Shown: positions 1-5,417 of the stretch, in pieces
Layout: each line of letters starts with the position of its first letter
Position numbering within the stretch: the stretch's first letter is position 1
IMG/VR virus record: IMGVR_UViG_3300042307_000471
Coordinates: 1-42,773 of that record
Source: a virus
Taxonomy: Duplodnaviria > Caudoviricetes
DNA length: 42,773 bases
Direction: 5' to 3' (one strand)
Position numbers and translations under genes: made by a program
Notes under the pieces: generated by a model
The model's input: only the letters and a program-made list of their open reading frames with translations
Told to the model about the DNA's origin: nothing
Database searches by the model: none

Positions 1-127
1 CTGAGTTACACCCCCTTGCAAGATACGGAAGGCGGGACTTGAACCCGCAAGCCGAAGGCAACTGATTTTAAGTCAGTCGTGTATACCATTTCACCACTTC
101 CGTGAAGACTGGGACTGGCGGGACTTG
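1..127. repeat. Terminal overlap identical to 42647-42773 (circular assembly)
   Basis: Exact 127-nt match. It cuts through tRNA-Ile and tRNA-Lys, so it is probably an assembly k-mer overlap rather than a physical DTR. Confidence 0.95.
24..103 (-). tRNA. tRNA-Leu(UAA)
   Basis: Acceptor ACGGAAG/CTTCCGT, anticodon arm ACTGA-CTTAAAA-TCAGT, long variable arm, T-loop TTCAAGT. Repeated at 42670-42749 in the overlap. Confidence 0.95.
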
Positions 128-182
128 AACCCACAACCAACCGCTTAAAAGGCGGCTACTCTGACCATTGAGTTACAATCCC
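110..182 (-). tRNA. tRNA-Lys(UUU)
   Basis: Cloverleaf with anticodon arm GCCGC-CTTTTAA-GCGGT and T-loop TTCAAGT. Confidence 0.95.
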
Positions 183-187
183 GAAAG

Positions 188-258
188 AACCCCGACAGGG
201 AGTCGAACCCCGACTAAGAGAACCAAAATCTCCTGTGCTACCATTACACCATCGGGGC
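188..258 (-). tRNA. tRNA-Gln(UUG)
   Basis: Cloverleaf with anticodon arm GGAGA-TTTTGGT-TCTCT and T-loop TTCGACT. Confidence 0.93.
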
Positions 259-262
259 AGAA

Positions 263-328
263 GGACGCATAAGAGGAGTTCTAACCTCTTTCCTCCGATG
301 AACGGAATGCAACTTACACCAATGCGTC
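263..328 (-). ncRNA. Aberrant tRNA-like RNA (or pseudo-tRNA) with central UCA triplet
   Basis: Perfect acceptor GACGCAT/ATGCGTC, small D-arm, TCCG-TTCAT-CGGA arm, 6-bp T-stem AAGAGG/CCTCTT with non-canonical loop TTAGAACT. Occupies a slot in the array. Confidence 0.65.
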
Positions 329-331
329 AAA

Positions 332-403
332 TCACCGAGACAGGACTTGAACCTGCAATCCCCTGCTCCCAAAGCAGGTGCGATGCCATTACGCTACTCG
401 ATG
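332..403 (-). tRNA. tRNA-Pro(UGG)
   Basis: Cloverleaf with anticodon arm CCTGC-TTTGGGA-GCAGG. Confidence 0.95.
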
Positions 404-408
404 TACAA

Positions 409-480
409 TCGACCTACTAGGAATCGAACCTAGATAACCCGCTTAGAAGGCGGGTGTTCTATCCGTTGAACTATAGGTCG
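409..480 (-). tRNA. tRNA-Arg(UCU)
   Basis: Cloverleaf with anticodon arm CCCGC-CTTCTAA-GCGGG. Confidence 0.95.
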
Positions 481-485
481 TAAAT

Positions 486-570
486 CAGAGGGTATCCGAT
501 TTGAACGGATGGGGCTTTTACACCCAGTAGTTTTCAAGACTACCGCAATAGACCACTCTGCCAACCCTCT
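486..570 (-). tRNA. tRNA-Ser(UGA)
   Basis: Anticodon arm GTAGT-CTTGAAA-ACTAC, long variable arm, G73. Confidence 0.95.
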
Positions 571-573
571 AAA

Positions 574-688
574 TGGTGGGTGTGTGGGATTTGAACCGCA
601 CAGTCATAATTTATATACTCTTGGACACATACATTAGGCATTTACTCCAGTATATAACGATTATGCCTAGTCTCTAAGACTAGCACCC
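574..688 (-). ncRNA. tRNA-like RNA without D-arm and with a giant extra arm, ending A-CCA
   Basis: GGGTG/CACCC-A-CCA; hairpin CTAGT-CTTAGAG-ACTAG; ~60-nt hairpin CATAAT..TTATATACT/AGTATATAA..ATTATG; T-arm with GG-TTCAAAT-CC. Confidence 0.75.
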
Positions 689-691
689 AAA

Positions 692-766
692 TGGAGCCTT
701 GTGTAGGGATTGAACCTACGACCTACTGTTTACAAAACAGTCGCACTACCGCTGTGCTAACAAGGC
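692..766 (-). tRNA. tRNA-Thr(UGU), CCA encoded
   Basis: Cloverleaf with anticodon arm ACTGT-TTTGTAA-ACAGT; ends T-CCA. Confidence 0.95.
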
Positions 767-769
767 AAA

Positions 770-813
770 TCAAAGAACTACTCCTTTATTCCTAAGAGAA
801 ATCCTTTAGTCAA
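770..813 (-). promoter_or_regulatory. Promoter (-35 TTGACT) and boxA (TAGTTCTTTGA) heading the tRNA array
   Basis: TTGACT at 813-808 with a weak -10. boxA-like sequence lies just upstream of tRNA-Thr. Confidence 0.6.
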
Positions 814-1473
814 CTAAAAAGTCTAAATCCCTTCCCCCGAGAATACGGGGGATTGAGGGGGTTGAACACAGGGGGTTATTAGGGGGTTGCAATCTTCCGT
901 GTCAAGCATAAATCGTCCGAAATCAGTACATCTTCACTTTCCTCTTGACGCTACACTCTTTACACTCCCTTAATAATCCCTCTTCTATAAGCCAAAAGCC
1001 TAACGCCTTAAGCCTTATCCGTCTTTTAGGATAAAAATTATGTATGAGGTTATGGGTATTATAGAGACCCTAGGTAAAAGAAAAAGACCCCCCCCGCCCC
1101 TAGGGGGTAGGGTCTGACGAGATTCTTATAGAATAGTAAAAGAATTATAATAGAATAGTAAAAGGCTATTATAAAAGGATTATAATAAAAAGGTAAAAAG
1201 ATTATATAAGGATTATTATAGAATGTGGATTGCAGGCTGTGACCCATTCCTTATATAAGGTTTATACTATTATACTAGAATACTAAAAGGATTGGAATCC
1301 TTGGGATTGTAAAAGGAAAGTAAAAAGGTGGATTAGGATATCTGCCCAAAAATAGACAGGCGAATAGAGGGGTCTGGGAGGCTCTAGGAGGCGGGATTAG
1401 GGGCTGGGGTAGGCTAGGGTATAGGCAAGGGGATTGCAGGGGCGTAGGGAGGCACGGAGGTGGCTAGGATACC

Positions 1474-1507
1474 AAACAAGAAACCCCCAGACCTTGCGGT
1501 CTGGAGG
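1474..1507 (-). terminator. Intrinsic terminator of the leftward early operon
   Basis: CCTCCAGACC-GCAA-GGTCTGGGGG followed by TTTCTTGTTT. Confidence 0.85.
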
Positions 1508-1538
1508 CTGGGGTTGGACAGGCTACTAGGAATCTGAA

Positions 1539-1613
1539 TCAGAGGGAGAAGACCAGAGCGGTGAGGAGCCAGCCGCAGAGGGCTAGCACCAGACCAACGA
1601 GGAAGGCGTGCAT
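1539..1613 (-). CDS. 24-aa hydrophobic micropeptide (MHAFLVGLVLALCGWLLTALVFSL)
   Basis: Preceded by the same AAATCCTAACTACAAA leader as the two upstream genes and followed by the terminator. Not in the ORF track. Confidence 0.7.
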   Translation of the reverse strand: MHAFLVGLVLALCGWLLTALVFSL

Positions 1614-1624
1614 TGGATTTGTAG

Positions 1625-1963
1625 TTAGGATTTACGGACGGGGAGAACATTGGAGCCGTTCGCTTGCCGCTCTGGGAGCCGCTTGAGGAACGAGACACCT
1701 TTGCCGTCCAGCGTCTGAGGAAGGAAGGCATCGTGAGTGAAATCTTGATTCAAGTCGTGCAGGGTTCTTGCGAGTCGTTCGCAGATTCGCTTCTGAAGCC
1801 TCCACTCTGACAGCAGAGCATCGACCTCCTCGGACTGGCAGTTTGCGGTTTTCTTCGAGTCGTATTTCTCCTCACACAGGAGATAGAGAATCTCCTCGCC
1901 CTTGAGGGCGAAGTGGAGGGCGGTCTTGATAGACTCGTATGATTCGTTGATGAGCGTATGCAT
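1625..1963 (-). CDS. Hypothetical early protein (112 aa)
   Basis: ORF bounded by the repeated leader motif. Confidence 0.8.
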   Translation of the reverse strand: MHTLINESYESIKTALHFALKGEEILYLLCEEKYDSKKTANCQSEEVDALLSEWRLQKRICERLARTLHDLNQDFTHDAFLPQTLDGKGVSFLKRLPERQANGSNVLPVRKS

Positions 1964-1994
1964 GGGATTTGTAGTTAGGATTTGGATATGTGGA

Positions 1995-2186
1995 TTAGGA
2001 TTTGAGTTTGATGGTCTGGTAGCGGTGCTTGCCGTACAGCGAGAGGCAAGGCTTGCAATATGAGTGAAGGTAGCCCTTCGCCTTGTTCGTGACGGGGAAG
2101 GCTTCCAGCCGCTTCCGCTTCTCGCAGATGGGGCAGACCTTCGTGAGTTCAGATTTCGGAGCCTTACGGGGGAACAGGAGTTTCAT
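1995..2186 (-). CDS. Small basic Cys4 zinc-finger protein
   Basis: CPIC...F...G.LHSYCKPC pattern, as in the zinc-finger modules attached to phage HNH/EndoVII proteins. Confidence 0.75.
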   Translation of the reverse strand: MKLLFPRKAPKSELTKVCPICEKRKRLEAFPVTNKAKGYLHSYCKPCLSLYGKHRYQTIKLKS

Positions 2187-2253
2187 TTTTGTAGTTAGGA
2201 TTTGGTGACGCTGGGGTCGGGGCTTTCGCCCCTTCCCCTTTGTCGGCTGGTTC

Positions 2254-3141
2254 TTAGTTCAGTTCGCCCCGTTTCGGGAGCGTGTCCACGAAGAGGGAGT
2301 CGATACCCTTGCGGACGCTGGTGCGGAGGAGGGAAGCCGTGTCAGCGGTGACACGCTCAGCGAGATTGAACCGCTTGTGAGCGACCTCGTGAGTCGTGTG
2401 TTGCGTGACAGCGTTGTAGAGGCTCCAGACATTGCGGTCAGCGTCCTCTTCGTAGGTCGGCTTGTCCCAGATTTCACGAATCCCGTCCGACATCCGAGCG
2501 GTCATCGCCTTGCCAATCACCAGACCATTCAGAACCTTGTGACCCTGCGATTGCGTGAGGCGGGTGGACTGCCAATCCGTGAAGATTTGGCGAGCCTCCG
2601 TGACGCTGGTGAGGCTGTTCTCCAGAGCGTGGGCGGTGAAATCCAGATTCAGAGAAGCCGTGTGTTTCTTCATCAGCGAGAAGGACGAGCCCTTGAACAT
2701 GGGAACCTTCACGCCATTGGAGCAGAGGAAGCGGAAGAATCCGACATCCAGAGCAACCTTGAGGCTACCATCGAAGGAATTCTGAACCATGATTTGGAGG
2801 CAAGACACATCGCCCTTGCCCATCCGCAATTCGATATCGGGGAATCGGAACTGAGCCCGTACCTGCCGACCTCCGTCAATCACCTTGAACCCCTTGGATT
2901 CATATCGGTGACCAGAGGAGCGGAGGAGGCTCTCAAACTGCGGGAATAGGACGCTGTTCTGCATCGGAGTGTAGCGTTCGCCAACCACGCCCAGAACCGC
3001 ACCATTGTCCTTACGCACAGTAGCGAAGGCAGGGGTGGGAGTCCCGTTGGCGAGCGTGAGACGCTCCAGACCGACCTCGAAATCCACGCTGTTCAGCGTG
3101 TCCACGACCTCGAGGGTTTCGACTTCATTGGGGGAGACCAT
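2254..3141 (-). CDS. DUF932 family protein (phage/plasmid early protein)
   Basis: VRKDNGAVLGVVGERYTPMQN, NSFDGS, RFLCSNG, KHT and W.LYNAVT motifs. Confidence 0.88.
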   Translation of the reverse strand: MVSPNEVETLEVVDTLNSVDFEVGLERLTLANGTPTPAFATVRKDNGAVLGVVGERYTPMQNSVLFPQFESLLRSSGHRYESKGFKVIDGGRQVRAQFRFPDIELRMGKGDVSCLQIMVQNSFDGSLKVALDVGFFRFLCSNGVKVPMFKGSSFSLMKKHTASLNLDFTAHALENSLTSVTEARQIFTDWQSTRLTQSQGHKVLNGLVIGKAMTARMSDGIREIWDKPTYEEDADRNVWSLYNAVTQHTTHEVAHKRFNLAERVTADTASLLRTSVRKGIDSLFVDTLPKRGELN

Positions 3142-3217
3142 ATTTCTAGTTTACTGTCACGCCCTGCGGAGGCAGGACGGCACGAACCTGTGCGGGGTGC
3201 TTTTGGAATTCTGATGT

Positions 3218-3281
3218 GGGCTCATCAGTAGCGGATTGACCGCTAGACAAGGGACGCACCTGCGTCCCGCTTGTTTCGCCC
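3218..3281 (-). ncRNA. Hammerhead ribozyme, type II
   Basis: GGGC-GAAAC-AAG..CTT-GUC^-TAGCGG(TCAAT)CCGCTA-CTGATGA-GCCC. Full catalytic core and all three stems; predicted cut between 3246 and 3245. Confidence 0.92.
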
Positions 3282-3299
3282 TTTGGATTCCTAGTAGAC

Positions 3300-3310
3300 T
3301 GTCAAAGTTC
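3300..3310 (-). promoter_or_regulatory. boxA-like element of the leftward early leader
   Basis: GAACTTTGACA just after a hairpin (GGGTT-GCCA-AACCC), downstream of a TTGATG -35 near 3383. Confidence 0.5.
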
Positions 3311-3454
3311 TGGGCGAGGGTTTGGCAACCCGTGGGTCAGCCTCGCTTGATGAGACTCAATCCAAATCCTTGCAGGGCATCAAGCCCTATTTCATTTTTT
3401 TCTAACTTTTTTTTGAGCCTCCTGCCCTTTGCTAGACCGCACGCACGCACGCAT

Positions 3455-3470
3455 AGCAAGTATCGTGCCA
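3455..3470 (-). promoter_or_regulatory. sigma54 -24/-12 box
   Basis: TGGCACG-ATAC-TTGCT, a perfect match to the TGGCACG-N4-TTGCW consensus. Confidence 0.75.
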
Positions 3471-3518
3471 AGTCCCTGTGTAGATTTTTGCACATATGCC
3501 CGAATCCTCGTTTCCCTA

Positions 3519-3534
3519 TGCAAGACCCTTGCCT
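3519..3534 (-). promoter_or_regulatory. sigma54-like box
   Basis: AGGCAAG-GGTC-TTGCA (GG-N10-GC). Confidence 0.45.
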
Positions 3535-3725
3535 ACTGGGATACCCCCCTAGAATCGCCTCCTAGACCCCTAGGATTGCATTTTTACATTCTCTTTACAT
3601 TTTATGATTGGTATATGAACTATACATAGGTTCTTGGGTCACGATTAGATGATTAGCCGTCTTTACACTTTTTTAACATTATATCTTAGGTCATGTTATC
3701 AGGATTAGGAGCGTTAGGTCGTGCA

Positions 3726-3741
3726 AGCACCTTCCGTGCCA
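3726..3741 (-). promoter_or_regulatory. sigma54 -24/-12 box
   Basis: TGGCACG-GAAG-GTGCT. Confidence 0.65.
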
Positions 3742-3805
3742 AGTCCCTTGCAGGTCTGCATTATTTACAATTTTTACATTTACATTCTTTTTACAATCAC
3801 ACGCT

Positions 3806-3832
3806 GTAAGTCGTTGAGATTCAAGGAGTTAC
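3806..3832. promoter_or_regulatory. Overlapping inverted IHF-like sites
   Basis: GTAAGTCGTTGAGATTCAAGGAGTTAC contains TCAA-N4-TTA on both strands. Confidence 0.6.
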
Positions 3833-3940
3833 GATGCGTGTTCTTTTGCCCCTAGGAGGCGTTTTGACGGGGTGGTCAAGGGTCTTACACGGGCGGGAGA
3901 AGCCACCCTCCTAGGGCAATCTAGACCCTTGCAGGTACTT

Positions 3941-3956
3941 TGGCACGACTCCTGCT
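3941..3956 (+). promoter_or_regulatory. sigma54 -24/-12 box
   Basis: TGGCACG-ACTC-CTGCT. Confidence 0.65.
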
Positions 3957-4186
3957 AGTCCCTTGCAAGGCTGGTCTGAATCTGTTTAAGTTTAGTAATC
4001 TAGTAATGATTAGAATCTAGAACTGGGTTTTAATCCTGTAATCTTGGGTAATGATATCAAGATTCAGATTCCTATTCTCAAGTCAGTCTCATTATTTTAT
4101 AATTCTATAATAATCCTGTAGAGGCTGGCAGAATCTTATACAGGCAATAAGGTTTACTAATGACTCACTAGGTCGTGTCAAAGGTG

Positions 4187-4253
4187 TTGCAGGGTGGTCG
4201 GGACTCTGAATGATAGTAGGTGCAGGGTGGCAACACCCTCACGCTCTTTGAAA
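4187..4253 (+). promoter_or_regulatory. Rightward early promoter with boxB-like hairpin and boxA
   Basis: TTGCAG -35; AGGGTG-GCAA-CACCCT hairpin at 4224-4239; GCTCTTTGAAA at 4243-4253. Confidence 0.6.
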
Positions 4254-4314
4254 TCGCCTTTCCGTAAACCTGCAATCTCGCAGGAGCGGGATACCCAAAA
4301 AACAAAAAAACAAA

Positions 4315-4785
4315 ATGAAAAAACTGATTATGAAAATCCTCGGTCTCGACACCTTCGTGTGTTCGGTTGACCTGTCTGTCGAACTGCTCCGTAAGGAAAA
4401 TGAGGAACTGAAAAAGTCCCTCAAAGACCTGTGCGAAGAGGTTGAAGCGTTGGAAGTGCGTCTGACTGAAAAGTTGGATGAAATGGAATCGCCCGACCTT
4501 GACGAGTATGTCCGTGAGGATGACATCAATGACCGAATCGAAACCTACATTAATGACAACGACATCGTGTCGCAGTCGTATGTGGATGACGAAATCGAAA
4601 GCAAGGTTTCCGATAAAGTCGAAGAGGCTATCGAAGACCTTGATTTGGAAGATAAGGTCAAGGATGTCGTTTCTGATATGGACAAGGCTTCCTTCGGTGA
4701 CACGCAGGAACTGCGGGACGAAATCACCCGACAGTTGCGAGTGATGTTCCAAGACGAACTTGAGATTAAAATCAAGTTGAAGTAA
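4315..4785 (+). CDS. Highly acidic helical protein (possible DNA mimic or chaperone)
   Basis: About 47 of 156 residues are D/E by hand count. A-rich leader, followed by a terminator. Confidence 0.85.
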   Translation: MKKLIMKILGLDTFVCSVDLSVELLRKENEELKKSLKDLCEEVEALEVRLTEKLDEMESPDLDEYVREDDINDRIETYINDNDIVSQSYVDDEIESKVSDKVEEAIEDLDLEDKVKDVVSDMDKASFGDTQELRDEITRQLRVMFQDELEIKIKLK

Positions 4786-4788
4786 TCC

Positions 4789-4819
4789 GTGGGGGGAGGT
4801 TACTAACCCCTACTTTTTT
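4789..4819 (+). terminator. Intrinsic terminator
   Basis: GTGGGGG..CCCCTAC followed by T6. Confidence 0.7.
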
Positions 4820-4878
4820 GTTGCAAGGTATCACACAGGTGATTCTCTCCCTTTCTGTTCTTTCCCATCCAAACCAAA

Positions 4879-5091
4879 ATGAAACTCAAATATATCAATT
4901 CGTCTGGCGTTAAGAAGTTTTGCAAAACGCAGTACGGCAAAAGAGTAAGCAAGGATTTCCTCGCTCAACTCGATTACCACCTGCATCAGAAACTTATGTC
5001 CGCTTGCACGGAGCATAACGGAGGAAAAAAGACCTTGGATAATGCCCTCGCTGGCTATATCCTTGGTCGAGGTTTCTCTGGCAAGGTATAA
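4879..5091 (+). CDS. Histone-fold protein (prokaryotic/phage histone)
   Basis: alpha1 SGVKKFCK, L1 GKRVSKD, long alpha2 FLAQLDYHLHQKLMSA, L2 GGKKTL, alpha3 DNALAGYIL. Follows the HMf/Bd0055 pattern. Confidence 0.75.
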   Translation: MKLKYINSSGVKKFCKTQYGKRVSKDFLAQLDYHLHQKLMSACTEHNGGKKTLDNALAGYILGRGFSGKV

Positions 5092-5096
5092 AGAGC

Positions 5097-5116
5097 AGGG
5101 GGTAACTCCCCTTTTT
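5097..5116 (+). terminator. Intrinsic terminator
   Basis: AGGGG..CCCCT followed by a T-run. Confidence 0.7.
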
Positions 5117-5127
5117 GGTTTAGAATT

Positions 5128-5216
5128 TTGCTGGTAGAAGAATTGAGGTAACGGAGAAATCGCCTCACGGGTATCTACTCATTCCCGCTTATGACATTCT
5201 GACCGCCAGCAATCCA
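5128..5216 (+). ncRNA. Structured ncRNA A ending U-CCA
   Basis: TTGCTGGT/GCCAGCAA closing stem, AGAAT/ATTCT stem, two inner hairpins, then T-CCA. Confidence 0.6.
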
Positions 5217-5219
5217 ATT

Positions 5220-5300
5220 TAGGTTCTGTTTAATGCGGAGAGACTAGTTCCTCCAATAATATATTAAACAGGTAATTACAGGTGAGAAGCCTGTTTCCTA
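5220..5300 (+). ncRNA. Structured ncRNA B with T-loop-like arm
   Basis: CTGTTTAATG/TATTAAACAG, GGAG/CTCC, ACAGG-TGAGAAG-CCTGT, outer TAGG/CCTA. Confidence 0.5.
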
Positions 5301-5307
5301 TTAACTT

Positions 5308-5386
5308 GACGGCAGGAAGCCTTCTGGATTCAGAAATGACCAGAGCAGTTGTTCATCTGCTAGTGGGGCTGAACCTGCCGTCTCCA
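5308..5386 (+). ncRNA. Structured ncRNA C ending U-CCA
   Basis: GACGGCAGG/CCTGCCGTC closing stem, AGCC/GGCT stem, hairpins TTCTG/CAGAA and AGCAG/CTGCT, then T-CCA. Confidence 0.62.
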
Positions 5387-5417
5387 TTTTAACCTAAAAC
5401 AATGGGCATAATACCAC

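Larger units (their letters stand above)
1618..2203 (-). repeat. Start-associated repeat AAATCCTAACTACAAA x3 (1618-1633, 1968-1983, 2188-2203)
   Basis: Three identical 16-mers, each 1-4 nt before an ATG. Confidence 0.9.

Noticed and set aside
1-127. Physical direct terminal repeat
   Set aside because: Exactly 127 nt and cuts through tRNA genes, which is typical of an assembler overlap.
263-328. Genome-wide UGA (or UAG) recoding
   Set aside because: Genes are full length in code 11 and many end in TGA with ATGA/GTGA coupling.
235-420. 61-aa ORF
   Set aside because: Antisense to tRNA genes.
574-688. tmRNA or intron-containing tRNA
   Set aside because: Too short for tmRNA, with no G3:U70 pair and no tag ORF. 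No bulge-helix-bulge geometry and no group I core.
1618-2203. CRISPR array
   Set aside because: The repeats are 16 nt and are separated by whole genes of unequal length.
3390-4180. Replication origin in the large non-coding region
   Set aside because: Better iterons lie inside the initiator gene; motifs here look transcriptional. Not fully excluded.
5278-5294. Twister ribozyme (GGT-GAG-AAGCC resembles its P4 loop)
   Set aside because: I could not find the matching pseudoknot partners or the P1/P2 arrangement.
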